DNA from: Podarcis bocagei
Lineage: Eukaryota
NCBI GenBank assembly: GCA_964188305.1
Contig: OZ076888.1
Reading direction: 5' to 3' (one strand)
DNA length: 64,000 bases
Part shown: positions 13,491 to 26,600 of the stretch, piece by piece
How the letters are laid out: every line of letters begins with the position of its first letter
Numbering within the stretch: position 1 is the stretch's first letter
The notes under the pieces: generated by a model
Seen by the model: the letters and a program-made list of their open reading frames with translations, nothing else
The model's database searches: none
What the model was told of the DNA's origin: nothing
Program-made: the position numbers and the translations under genes

Positions 13491-14431
13491 AACCTGGGAC
13501 CTTGTGCGTGCAAGCATGTGCTGTATCTACCACAGAGTTACAGCTTAAAAACCCTTGAAAACGGAACTGCTGGGCAAAGAACCAGGCCTACCAGACTCCC
13601 CTCTAAATTAGCCTTTGTTGAGGTACAGTTGTGCAGTTATCGTTCCTGTGATAACCAGGGAGGCTTTGGATCGTATTTTAACAAGCTTTTATTGTAAGCT
13701 GCTCAGCAAATTATGGGTCAGCCCATAAATGGCAGGAACAGATAAATAATGCAGTAACTGGTCTCTTAACGCCCGCCATGCCTGACCTCCTGACCATTAT
13801 TGTTGAACAGCAAAGGAGCTTCCTGGTTAACGGAAAGGAGAGTTTAGCGGAGGCAACTGCAAACTCACAAAACACGGCACTCTTTAGCTAAAAGCCAAGA
13901 AGTCCTCTTCTTTCTCCCAGCCCCCACCTTCGCCATACCTCCACTCTGTACTCCCCTTAAACACTTGTGCTAATTAGTTAAATCAATCACCCTGGAAATC
14001 ATCATTCCCTCTCTTAACTTCTCCCCCAGCCACCCACCCCCAAGCCCCAGGCAGGCCATCCATCTTAGCTTCCCTCTTTGCCAACGCTTCCCAGAGCCAG
14101 CAGGAGCCTCATGATTGAATTCAGCCTTTATCGCCCAAAGAATGCCCCGAGGGATCAGAGAGATGAAGGGGGCCAAGGGGGCCCTGTTGAATGTCATTGC
14201 TGTGCTCCATTCCCATGTAAGCACAGCTGGTTTAATGAGGGTGCTTATGGGCTGGGTCCTTTGCCTTGGTCAGCGGTAAGGGATAATTGCTTGCAATGGC
14301 AATGTGCCCACCTCCTGTAATGGGACAAAGCCGAGCAGCTCCTTCTGTACAAGGCTAAAGGCAAATAGGAATCAAATAGAATGACTGTATATATATGCAA
14401 GAACATCAGCAGAGGTTCTGTCCCAGGTACA

Positions 14432-14761
14432 GGTAAAGGTAAAGGGACCTCTGACCATTAGGTCCAGTCGTTGCCGACTCTGGGGTCACAGTGCTCATCT
14501 CGCTTTATTGGCCGAAGGAGCTGGCGTACAGCTTCTGGGTCATGTGGCGAACCAGAGCAGCACACGGAAACGCCGTTTACCTTCCCGCCAGAGCGGTACC
14601 TATTTATCTACTTGCACTTTGACGTGCTTTCGAACTGCTAGGTTGGCAGGAGCAGGGACCGAGCAACAGGAGCTCACCCCGTTGTGGGGATTCGAACCAC
14701 CAACCTTCTGATCAGCAAGTCCTAGGCTCTGTGGTTTAACCCACAGCACCACCCACGTCCC
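14432..14761 (-). mobile_element. Sauria SINE, full length
   Basis: (AAAGGT)n reverse tail, B-box GATTCGAACC, head ending CACCACCCACGTCCC; TSD TCTGTCCCAGGTACA / TCTGTTCCAGATACA (13/15). Confidence 0.92.
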
Positions 14762-14954
14762 TCTGTTCCAGATACACATGCATAAAAGGGTGACAGGGAT
14801 TGCCATCACGGAGAGGGCCTTTTCAGTGACGGTGTCCTGATTATGGAATGCTGGTGCCAGCAAGACTCACTCGGTGGTGCCTACATTCAGATCCTTTTGG
14901 CACCAGGTATGGACTGTCCTATCCTGCCAGATCCTTTGGGATCATGCTCTAGAG

Positions 14955-15072
14955 CAATGTTTTCCAAACTTGGGTCTCCAGCTGTTTTCAACCGTGACCA
15001 CTGGTTCTCCTAGCATGGGATGATGGGAGTTGTAGTCCAATAACAGCTGGAGATCCAAGTTTGGGAGCCTTG
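14955..15072. mobile_element. Palindromic MITE (ACTACAACTCCCATC family)
   Basis: CCAAACTTGGGTCTCCAGCTG..CAGCTGGAGATCCAAGTTTGG; flanks CTCTAGAG / CTCTAGAA. Confidence 0.8.
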
Positions 15073-15440
15073 CTCTAGAACCAGTTGAGGCTGATCTATT
15101 AGGGCAAATGGGGCAATGCCCCAACAGTTCCACTCCGCCCTTAGCCAGCCCCCACCTGCCTGCCTTCCTGCTTACAACCAGGCTGGTGGGTAGCACCAGC
15201 TATAACCTTCCTTCTCCTCAGTCTCAGTCTTGCCTTTGTAGAATACGATGGGGGCAAAAAGAGTAAACTCTGCCTGTTCCTGGATCTGGCTCCATTTATG
15301 GTTAGCCTCTCTGTCTTCTGTCCTACCAGTTCCAGGGCTTGCGCACACTTCTGCCATTTCCCCTAGGGAAACCCACTGCTTACCACTGAATCTGAACAAT
15401 CCAGTTTTTCTGCAGATTGACGTTTGTTCAAATTCAGTGG

Positions 15441-15566
15441 TAGGGAAGCTTTTAGTGTTTAATATATTATTATATTTTAATATTCTGCTGGAAGCCGCCC
15501 AGAGTGGCTGTGGAAACCCAGCCAGATGGGCGGGGTATAAATAAATTATTGTTGTTGTTGTTGTTA
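15441..15566 (+). mobile_element. L2 3'UTR fragment with microsatellite tail
   Basis: GGAAGCCGCCCAGAGTGGCTG..CCCAGCCAGATGGGCGGGGTA matches the 3' end of the L2 at 61680-62050. Confidence 0.85.
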
Positions 15567-15925
15567 AACAGTAGGGAAAGCAGCAGAACCAAAGATAAAC
15601 CACTCAGACCCATGCCCAGAAAGCACAGGACAAACAAAAAACTGCTCAGACCGCTGCTTTCAAGACACGGGAGTAGCAGAAGTGAGGACCAGCCACCACT
15701 GTCTAGATCACAATCCTAACCCTAGTGTCTGGGGTGGCAGCGGCAGCTAGAATAGCACCTAGGGGCCTCACTCTGACACCAGAGAGGAGCACCACAAATG
15801 GAGGAGGGTTGTCCCAGTGGAGGGCTATGGCTTTGCCCAGAAAGTGACCAATGACAGTTCTCCCTCTTGCAAGAGCAAGCAAACATGAGCTATGGGAGGA
15901 GGGCAGCAGTGGCTTTGGATTAACT

Positions 15926-16182
15926 CAGGGGTCAGCAAACTTTTTCAGCAGGGGGCCGGTCCACTGTCCCTCAGACATTGTGGGGGACTGGACTATATTT
16001 TTGGGGTGGGGGTGGGGAATGAACGAATTCCTATGCCCCACAAATAACCCACAGATGCATTTTAAATAAAAGGACGCATTCTACTCATGTAAAAACACTT
16101 TGATTCCCAGACTGTCCGTGGGCCATATTGAGAAGGCGATTGGGCCGTAATTGTCCCCCAGGCCTTCGTTTGCCTACCCATG
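15926..16182. mobile_element. hAT-Charlie-like MITE
   Basis: Imperfect TIR CAGGGGTCAGCAAAC / GTTTGCCTACCCATG; perfect 8-bp TSD GATTAACT. Confidence 0.9.
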
Positions 16183-17700
16183 GATTAACTGGATCCAAAT
16201 CACACACTTTGAGCTCAGTCCTCCAGCCCTGCAGCTGTGGCAGCCAGGAGCTGGAGTAGTGAAACGGGAAAATAATGGAAAAGAGTAAGGCCCTGGACCC
16301 TGCCCTGGTTGGTGTGAGCTGGCAGGGTGAAGCTGTGGAGATATTTCTACTTGGTCACTTCCTCTCCCAGAACCCACTTAGAATTGATTGCTTTGTCTAT
16401 TTTAGTTCTTGGAAGACATTTTTTTTCTCTTACCTGGTTGCTGTTTTAGAATAATTTTGTGCTGCCTGTGCTTTTATATATATATAATGTGGATAATTTG
16501 ATTGATTTTTAAGAGGATTTTACTAAAATAAAACAACAACACAACATGCCGCTGTCATTTATAACTATTATTTTTTGAATTTTGAGTGAACTGCCCAGTG
16601 GATGTTGTTAATGGGTGGTCGATAGGTGTCAAAACTAGATCAACAAGATTTGCCTCCCTCCATCGTCTTTCATTTCATCCACATGAAAGCCCAATAGAAC
16701 CATCCCTTTAGTTTTCAATAGCTGATGCCTCCCTCCCTCCTGCCCTCCCTCCCTCTTACTTTCTCTTTGACACAAATTGCTCACTTTAAAAAGAGTGCCG
16801 AGAAAGAAAATTACAAGACATTTGAGTTGCGTTAACGAAAACTTGTCAACCACTTTTTCATTAATGTCCACTCCTTTGCAAATCACAACACAGATTGCTT
16901 TGAAATCACATTTGCTGGTACCAAGTCTGTCAAATTCTCTCCTTTTGCCAAACATTGTGTCAAGGCACTTCTAACAGATCGTGTGATTGAACATGGCTTT
17001 GTTTTGTGTTCTAACTTGCTGGCAATTTTGCCGGTTGCTGGCAACATTCTATAAAAAGGGTTAGGAGATGGTCAGCTCCTTCTGTGGCTCAGCTTAGATT
17101 TCTTTCTTTTGCCTCTTTTTTGTGTGTGGTGGGGAGGGAGGAGGAGTTATTGTCAGTATTGATGGGCAGGCATGAATTCTCCCAGACTGTCATTTACCCT
17201 TTCTGTAAAAGTGAAAGACAACAACCACTTTAAGTTTAGTGCCTGCCTACTCTGCCTATAAACCGCATTTGCACAAAAACTAGATTTTTTTTTAATAACT
17301 AGAATGGCAAATATGCCACCTGTCTGGTCTGGTCACTACTTGAAATGCATGGCCAGATACGTATCACAGGAGGACTGGGCTAACCATCATGCCAACCACG
17401 ATCAAGGGCTGCTCCACACATATGTTGGCTGTAGGGAACACAAGTGGTACAATAGCATTTCCAACAGCAAATGTGTGGCTGTTACACACAAGTGCACACA
17501 CATCTTTTAGCACCAGCCTTTGTTTCTGGAAACCTGAGTTCAGCCAGGTTTCACATGTACATATTTAAATGTGTTTAAACAGACACATGTACTCATATAT
17601 GTTGTCTACATGTTGCATGTTTGCTACAGAAAATGCCATAGGAACTGCCCCTGGAGAAGGGGAGATTCAAGCCAACTATGGATTCTTCATCAGTGCAAGT

Positions 17701-17732
<32 letters not shown>

Positions 17733-17760
17733 ATCCAGTTTTGTGGATTATAGGTCAGAG

Positions 17761-17896
17761 CAGGCATCCCCAACCTATGGCCCTCCAGATGTTTTGCCCT
17801 ACAACTCCCATGATCCCTAGCTAACAGGACCAGTGGTCAGGGATGATGGGAATTGTAGTCCAAAACACCTGGAGGGCCCAAGGATGGTGATGCCTG
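17761..17896. mobile_element. Palindromic 136-bp MITE
   Basis: CAGGCATC..GATGCCTG termini; TSD GGTCAGAG / GGTTAGAG. Confidence 0.9.
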
Positions 17897-18667
17897 GGTT
17901 AGAGGGATGATTTAGCCTCTTGCCACTGGGGCTTATCCACTTGTGGGGAACCCTCATTGAATGGCACTTCCTACAACATAGCTGTTATCTTTGTATTATT
18001 ATTTCTCTCTAGGGGAGAAGTTCCAGCTCACCTGAACTCCCAACCTAGTTTTAGTCCCTGGTCCCTATATAGTGACTGGTGGCTCCCAATGGGGATGATC
18101 ATCTGCATGCACATCAAAAGACACATCCATCCAATTTGGTAGCAGATAGTTCAGGAGAAGGGCCACATGCATTGCATGAGAAAGGTCTCAGGTTCAGTCC
18201 TTGGCATTTTCAGGTTGGTTGCAGAGCTACCCTTATCTGAAACCCTGGAAAGTTGTTGCCTTTGTCCTGCTGCTCTGGAAAGCTGTAGTCAACGGAACTA
18301 GGTGAACTGATGGCATAAACATGTCCCTACATTCCTGAATGAGCCTTGTGAAATTTTGGACTGAAGAGTATTTCTAGCTAAGGATATGGCCAAATTCAAC
18401 TTGGGATGGAATGTGAATGTTTAGATGAGGTTCACCCACTGCAGTAACAAACCAGAGTATATTCCCAGTTTATTAGATCATGGTGGGTTTTGGTGAGGGT
18501 TCCTGGTGACGTAAGCTGTGCATCTAATGGTGGCACGATGTACCAGTGCTGATGTGGGGACTTCTGCATCTTCTCAACACTGGCCTCAAAGATATAGAAA
18601 GGCTCTGGAAATGCTGGACCCACTTATTTCTGAAACATGCCAGATTTTGATAAATTGATCAAAAGAA

Positions 18668-18805
18668 GTGGGGGAGCCAATATGGTACCCTCAAAATGTT
18701 GTCAGACTCCAGCTCCCCTCAGCCCTAGCCATCATGGCCAGTGGTCAAAGATGATAGGAGTTGTAGTTCAGTAGCATCTGAAGGGCACCACGTTGCGTAC
18801 CCGTA
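18668..18805. mobile_element. Degenerate palindromic MITE
   Basis: GACTCCAGCTCCC..GGAGTTGTAGTTC core. Confidence 0.6.
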
Positions 18806-19352
18806 CAACAGGCAGAATGTAGAATACAGGGTCGTCAAATCTTTTTGTGATTGGAACCGGTTGGATCTGCCCAGCTTGAGTCCACCACTGTGTGTTTACT
18901 GAGTGCCTTTTAAATGCTCTGCCAGTTTGGCGTGGTCCTGCCTCAGAATTGCATCTACATGCAACCTGGTAGGTTCAGAAATAGAATATAGATTTTCCAG
19001 TAGCCAAGTTCAAACCTTCAAACTCTGGAAGCTGCTTCGGCATCAATACTTTCCAGTCTACTGCTTTATACCTGAAAGACACAAAGTTAGATCTTCCTAA
19101 AAGCAATCTTTTATAGAACTTAGTTAACTTATTTTTCTATCGCTGCAGCTGTAGATTAATTCTTATCGTAGTGAAACGAAGTGGAAAAAAAGGAGAGAGA
19201 TATCTGATTGAAGAAGAGAGCGGGAGCTGAGTTAGGGAAAAACTATGCAAAGGTTTTTCATTCTCTTGAAATCTAGGATTGTTACTGAGCTAGAGGTAAA
19301 GATGGGCAAATTAGTTCTGTAAGAATAAGAGTGAACATTCCTGATTGTGACC

Positions 19353-19822
19353 CAGAGCTTGGAAAGTTCATTTTTTAAAAAGGAACTAGTTCTAGTTCAA
19401 CATGTCCAAATGGGAACTAATACCAGTTAATGTTCATGCCTTTACAAAACAAACTAGTTCAATTCAGATTCAGTTCACAGTTCAACTTCATCCAAATGAT
19501 CCTTGGCATATCCGCCTCAGCATTCAGACTCTTTACAAGCAGCTGTGCAGAAGTATAAAATATACTTAAGAAGATGACGAAAACATCAAAACGCCAAGAC
19601 ACTGAGATGTGAAGTGTTCATTTGTTTCAACAATTACAACCTTTAAGCTTAAATCTCAAGAGCAATTCACATGCAAAGGGATGAACTTGACCAGAAAACA
19701 TTCCAAGTTCCACCACAAACAAACTTAATTCATATTCAGTTTACTCAGCAATTATGGGAACTGCTTTCAGCTGTAGTACAGCTAGTTTAAAGCTAAACCA
19801 AAAAAGTTCATTTCAAGCACTG
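19353..19822. mobile_element. Non-autonomous hAT element (470 bp)
   Basis: TIR CAGAGCTTGGAA / TTTCAAGCACTG; TSD TTGTGACC / TCCTGACC; repeated GAACT/AGTTC subterminal motifs. Confidence 0.75.
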
Positions 19823-20444
19823 TCCTGACCTGGAATTTTGGCAGAGATTTTTATGCAGTATACTTGTGTTGTTGTTTTTTTAGCAATACACATTTACCCA
19901 TTTCCCCATTTTAAACTTTCATTTTAAACAGCAGTTCATTGTCAATTAAACATGAACATCAGGTCAAAGTGCTCTTCCCTAGCACCTCCCCTCATCTTCC
20001 CCCCTTGCCACTTTGGAGCTGAGTTTCACTTGTATTAAGCCAGAATTCCCTAGTACTAGCTAAACCAGGGAACTGCCAGAAAACAAGCCAAGAAAATATG
20101 CCAAGGCCAGATGAATGCATTGATGACACAGGCCAGGAGTGGGAAACCTTAGGCCTGGGTGCTGAATGTGGCCCTCAAGCCCTCTCTATTTGGCCCACAG
20201 ATCTCTCTCTGAAGCTACACCTCCTATTCCCAAGCCACACCTCTTACTGGTCCTGCTTGTAACTCTTTCTGAATGCTTTTGCCTGGTTTGGAAGGTGAAC
20301 TTGAACTCTGATAAAGTCTCTTGTTGGCCTGGCTAGAGTATGGAGAGGGTCAGGGTGCATTTGTGTAGAAACTCACCTACCACACAAGGGTAGAAATTAC
20401 CTCAGAGACTTTTGTCTCAGCCGGTTGCTGAGAATGGAGTTCTC

Positions 20445-21589
20445 TCTCTCTTTTTTTAAAAATTTTTTTTTTTATTAACCAACCAATCAAATCAAATCAC
20501 ATAACATAAACCGAATTACAAAGCCGAATTTTAATTTTTTGTTGGGGTGACCCATATTTCAAGTTCCGAAGAGGGATTCCGATCATCATCTTGCTGCTGC
20601 GTTAATATCCACAAATCTGTCCAAATAATGTTCATAATTCTATCCAGTGTTATCTTGCTGTTTCCACATCTCATCTTGTTCGTATATTTTTCTTTTTTTC
20701 TTTATGATCTCTTCTGATAATCTCCTTAAGCAGGTAAACACCAATTATAATCCTGTGTGAATTTTTCCGTTCATCCAGTCATCATATCAAGATGGTTTCC
20801 ATATATCATCACTTTCATAAATAACAGCACTCTTTCCATCATTAATCTCGCAAATCTGTCGCACTTTAGTCCCTCTGAGAAGGCTCACCCACAATATGTA
20901 AACAGATCTTTCCTCCTCCCAGACATAAATCTTTCGACAGAACTTGCCAAGATGGCGACAATATTTTTTGCTGGGTCATTCCAAAGCTCTTATGCTTTCC
21001 ATGATCTTCTTGAAACATGCTTTGGTTAGAAAATTAATCTCCACACAGTCTTAAATCCACAGCTTAAGTCTTTTAAACGGCATTTCTGACTTGTGACTTG
21101 TGTGTGTGTGTGGGGGGGGGATTCTTGGTTAATCACATAGAAAAAAGAAAGGAAAGTTTCCCCCCCTCTCCCATCCATTCCCGTTGCTGAACATACCGAG
21201 CCTTAGTGTGTCTTCTCATGATTTATTCTTGTTCCTCCGACCCGTCTTGTTTATCAGAGATCTCTTCAGTTAGCAGTCTTTACTCCCCCTTTTTCCTTGA
21301 AATATGTGCATTAGCTTCCTTCTAATTGTTTCTTTTGAAGTTGCTGCAGCTAGGGGCGCGAATCAGAGACAGCGTTCAGGAGTGCCGAGATCCGCACAAG
21401 GGCTTTCTGCCTAGTGCCCCCACCCCCACAAATTCGGGGGTGGTATAGGGCACAGCAGGCAAGGGCAGTCCCCCCCACACGCCTGGGGGGGGGAGGCTGT
21501 TTACTCCCATCACAGCCTCTTAATTACCTTGTGTGGGTCGGAGAGATGTTATTGTCAGCCATCTTCCGATGCGCCCCTAGTGGCGACCC
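20445..21589 (-). mobile_element. Non-coding polyadenylated retroposon (probably L1-mobilised)
   Basis: Perfect 15-bp TSD GAGAATGGAGTTCTC (20430-20444, 21590-21604); AATAAA running into poly(A) on the minus strand; GC-rich 5' end with AAGATGGC. Confidence 0.85.
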
Positions 21590-23280
21590 GAGAATGGAGT
21601 TCTCCGGGGGGGGGGGAGGCACCACCATTGTAATCTCTTATGGCTTTCTCTGCAATTTCCTCCTTTTCCAGCTCACCATCAATAGGGAAAATTATCCATT
21701 CTACTCCCTGGGCACTCCATAATAATGCAAATGGCTGCCAGCACACTGAGGGTATGCAAATTCAGAAGTCATTAGGGCAATCTTTTTTCCCTGTGATTGC
21801 ACTCAGTTTATTGAAATTAAAGGTAACTGAGCTGAAATGGCCACAAATACTTAGGGGAGAAAAATAAGGAAAGGGAGAACATGCACCATGTGATCCGCGA
21901 TTACAAAATGTGCACACCTGAAAATAATTTTGAGCTTGAAGTTACAAGACTGCAAATTCAAGGGCCTCATTGAATTTGATATTGCTCTTGAGTATTCATG
22001 GCCAGGTGAGATTTTTGGAAGGCAGCTAGAAGAGGCGCAGAAACCCAAGTTTCTGGTGATGAGAGGGAGGAAGAACATGTGATCCTCTTGAAAGCAGCAG
22101 CAGAAAAGAAAACATGGGGGAAATCACATAAAAAGAAATGCAAAAAATAAAATAAAAAATAGACAATCCAAAATATTGCAGAATCTACAATACGTGCCAC
22201 ATTCTTACTTAGGCCATTTTTCTCTCATTGTACACAGCCCCATGTTCAGTTAAAAAAAGGGCATTATCTTAATTGCTACAGGGCACTGTGCCACCTGGCA
22301 AACAACTTTGCTGCGCTCGGTTGCCCCAGAATGAAGCTTTCATATTGGGACATTGGGTTATTTTGTTCCTAAATAGTGTGAACGCTGAGAAGCTGGCTCT
22401 GGAGCATGCCATGCCAGTTGCTCTCAGTAGATCTGCCCATTTGCTTTGGGAAAGTGGGAGAGAAAAAAAAAAGATTGTCCAAGTTCCAAATCAACCAGTC
22501 ATTGGTTAGAGAAATATAAAGCCATGCAACTCGTTATTTCACATTTAAAAATGTCTTGCAATGTATTCTGCTTATGTAAAACCTCTATGTAAGTTGCGAG
22601 GTGCTTTTGAAGCCCATTTAAATGGCACAATTGGCCATGTAAATATGCATGCAGAAGGGTACAGGATCCGTGCCAGGTTGAGGGGGTGGGGGTGGGAAAG
22701 AGAGACTTCCAGGAAGCAGGATGCCTTCTCAGACTGGCAGCCTGAGACCTCAAATCTTGCCTTATTCCTGCGCCTTCTGAATTGCACTCTCTCCTCTTTC
22801 TGTCACCACTGCCCAATTCATCTTACAAAGTACTTCAAAACATGGCTAAATATAACTGTTACCATGTGGAGGGGAGACAGGCAGGGGAAAAGCCACCATT
22901 TAGAGCCCTTTTCCTGTCAGAAAATATTCTGTAAACTCAGCCTTGGGACTCTGAGCCAGGAATCACAAGTCATCCTGTCCCCTCCTATGGGAAAGACACG
23001 AGAGGCCATTTCATCAGTAATAAGAGCTGCATAGTAAAAACATCTCCAATCTTTGGGGTAGTAGGGAGGAAGAAAATGCCTCCTGGCTCATCCAAAAGCA
23101 AACTTTGTTCTTCTGAACTGCAATGGTTTCAATCCAAATTAGCTCAAAAGAACGATGAATTCCTGTCCTGTTCTCAGGCTTTTTCTTTTTGCTCACCATT
23201 ACCTCCATTTCCTATTGTGTATGTAACTTGTAGGGCAGGGAAATGATGTGTTGATTTCCATTGTAAACTGGGCTGAACAG

Positions 23281-23324
<44 letters not shown>

Positions 23325-23352
23325 TATTATTATTATTATTATTATTATTATT
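23281..23352. repeat. Head-to-head (AAT)n/(ATT)n palindromic microsatellite
   Basis: Direct; adjoins a minus-strand L2 3' terminus (TTTGTACCCTGCCCATCTGGCTGGG). Confidence 0.95.
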
Positions 23353-23408
23353 TGTACCCTGCCCATCTGGCTGGGTTTCCCTGCTTAGATTGTCCTCATT
23401 GGTTAAAC

Positions 23409-23690
23409 CAGTGTCTCCCAAGCTTGGGTCTCCAGCTGTTTTTGGACTACAACTCCCATCATCCCTAGCTAGCAAGGCCAGTGGTCAGGGATGATGGGAA
23501 TTGTAGTCCAAAAAAAGCTGGAGGGCCGAGTTTGGGAAACCCTGGCTTAAAGCAAGCTTGGGAGACCTGAGGCCTTCCAGATATTGCTGGGCTCCATAAC
23601 CCCATCAGCCCCAACCATCATGGTCAACAATCAGGGAAGATGGGAGTTGCAGTCCAAGAATATCCTGGAGGCCCACAGGTTTCCAGTCAT
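23409..23690. mobile_element. Two adjacent palindromic MITEs
   Basis: 23409-23545 (flanks GGTTAAAC / GCTTAAAG) and an older copy at about 23554-23690. Confidence 0.8.
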
Positions 23691-26600
23691 CAGCACTTGG
23701 GTGATGATGAGGCTAGTATGTTGTTGGTCACATTTCAGAAATGATAATGTCAATCAAATTGGAGACCTCCTGTGTGGCCTGGGCATTGTGTGGCCACCAT
23801 GTTTTTAACAAAGAAATAAATACTGTGATGTGATAACATACTAACAACAGAGCTGCCTCCAACCCACCTGCCCATTGCACTCCAAACCATTCCCCGTTGC
23901 AGAGCAGGGTCTTGTGTGTGCCAGTTCTTTGGAAGCACCAAACGTCCTTTTAGCTGAAATAATGCAAAATTTCAGATTCATCAGACAATTTTCCAGATAC
24001 AAACAGGAAAGTTGTTTCTAACACAAGCATTTCTACGTCGGGCCTTTGTAAAAATTCATTGGCATTTTAGCATGAATTTCTCCTAAATAAAACAGACATT
24101 TTTGCATGCAAAATAGACGCAATAGTGGGAAATAATTTTCCTGAATATAATGCATTTTTCTACGTCATTTTTACCAATTGTTGCAGCACAGTTGCCTTCA
24201 TCTATACCACCTCAGAGGAACATAGCAAGCTGCCTTCTACAGAGTCAAGCCATTGGTCCAGCTAGCTCAGTATTGTCTACACTGATTGTCTACGCAGAGA
24301 CGGGATATTCCCACCCCCTACCTAGAGAGGCTGAGGACTGAACCTCCTCTCCTCCAGCTGCTTTTTGACAAAGAAATTAGGAGATTCCACCACGGATTCT
24401 CAGCATATATACATTACAATCCATTAGCCAGCGATTCCCCCGCCTTCATCCTTTCCTGATTCATTTGCATGTGGCTATTCTATTAGTTTTAAAATGATCC
24501 GAAGCCATAAATCTTAAATTTGTAATTAAAAACCAGGCACTGGATCTATGCTTTTCTAACAGTGACACCTCAGGAAAAAAAAGAAAGAAACCCAAATAAT
24601 AATAACAATAAAAAAGTATCTTTCGGTGACATCTTATTCATTGAGCGACTGTAGAAAACGTTCATTCACCTCCTATTTAAACATACAGACAAATGAATAT
24701 TATTGTACAGGACTCTTCCTCCCCACCCCTCCCCTCTTTCCCAAGCTATTTAATTAAACTAATTTAGTGCATGAGGTGAGATTGTGAGGGGGTTTTCTTT
24801 CCCCCCCCCCTTGGAAAATAATGAACGCATCTTTCTTTGGTGACAGCCCTCTGTAGGGAATGTATTGCAGCACCCGGCTGGGGTTATTCATTAATACAGA
24901 ACACCTTGTTGAAGAAATCTCTGTCTAGAAAACACTCAGCTGAAAGACTTCCTCAGCAGTTGTGACTAGGGCTGACATCTAAAGGGGATTCTTGCATTTT
25001 TAAATGACGAGCTTCAAATCTTGTTGGCTCCTGCTCCTTCTAGGTGATAAGAGTCACAAAAGGGAGCATCAAAACCCAGAAGGAAGGGTGATGAGCTCCA
25101 CTGTGTAAAATTAAGTAATTTCTCCACATGTTTCCTGATTCACAGGAATGTGAGTGGTTGTTGTTGCTGCCGCCGCCACTGCTTTTGATGATGTATTTCT
25201 CATACTTTGAAAGAGAACAAAAACAGAATATTCAGAAAAGGGATCTTGGCAGCTTGCTGATGGGCTTACTTCCCACGTCATACTTTTCCTGTCCACCTGC
25301 AAGGTGTGCTTTTTGAAGGAGGTTTTTTTTTTTGGGTCCTGAGCTCTCGCAGGAGCCAGTTAACTCCCATGAGAGCATGAAACCAAAAAATGAATGTCAT
25401 TTGGTTTGGCACTCTGGCATGAGCCAGTTGATTCGAGTCAGAGCGCTAGACCAAAAATTGGGACATTTTGGGACTAATCAAGGGCCAGGGTGGCTTCTGT
25501 GATTCAGGGATTTCCCGCTCAAATCGGGAGAGTTGAGGGGAATGTTTTTAGTGTTCCACTTGAACAATTGAGTTGCTCTATTCCTCCTTGCCTCCTTAAT
25601 TCTTCCACCTTCATCTCCATGTCTCCCACCTTACCCCACGGGTGAAACACCTTAGGGAAGAGTGTTGGGGAAGTGGGAGAAGATGAGAAGGCAGCTTCTC
25701 CTGGCCTGAGCAGAGCTACCGTTTGCAGTCAGGGGGTAAATGGGGCCTACAAGCCCCACATTCTCCAGCTGCAGATGGCAGAGAAGGGGAACAAGCCCAA
25801 ATTCAAGTGTGGGCAAGTGTGAGGTTGTGGGGTGGGCCTTAAACTTGAGGCACTCTACACAAAAAAATAAGAAGAGACCTGGGGGGTCAGGTCCTCAGGA
25901 ACCAATTACTTGTGAACACAAGTAGAAACCTATGAGTGACCGTGGACCCTGAAGTATTAGCTATCCTTCCACTTTTGCCCTTCTCACTTTTATGACAGAG
26001 TTCTTAACTCAAAAAGTCCCAAAATTTGGATTTTAGCTTAAAGTACTTACAAAATGTGCTCAAAATGCAGATTCCGGAGTAAAAATGTATGTTTTGTGCG
26101 GCCAAATGCGTTCAAAAAGTAAGGGAGTATTTTACGCTTTGTTTAGTAAATTGCCAATTGATGAGGAATTGATGCTGGTCTTTGGTACTGAGAGAAAAGA
26201 AAACACTGAATTAAAATGGCAAGGAAAAATATATATATATTCTACAGTTAATGTACCAACATCACTCTCTTGAGTCAAGGAAAATATAAAACTAACCCTT
26301 TGAGAGATTTGAGCTGTACATCCGTGACCAACTCCAGAATGGAGGGGAAAATTCCTTCTTAGTAGTCACAATCCAACATTCTCTTTGCTATCTCTCCTCA
26401 AGAATGCCAGAGATAAAAGTTAGCTCAGTTCTGAGCTGAGAGTGGGGAAAGCAGTAGAACATATTGCTGAATAGAATTATTTCTGGCTTTTTGGAAGCCT
26501 GTTAAATAAATCCCACCTAGCTGCCCTCATTGAAAAGAGGCAGGCAGGCACCAGAGACTCTGAAGGCAGTGTTCTTTTTGCATAACACTTGAAGGAAGGA

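Noticed and set aside
21571-21585. CTCF-like motif CCACTAGGGGCGC at the retroposon 5' end
   Set aside because: One G short of the core consensus spacing, so not supportable
22561-23034. 157-aa ORF
   Set aside because: No recognisable motif, non-ATG start, length compatible with chance
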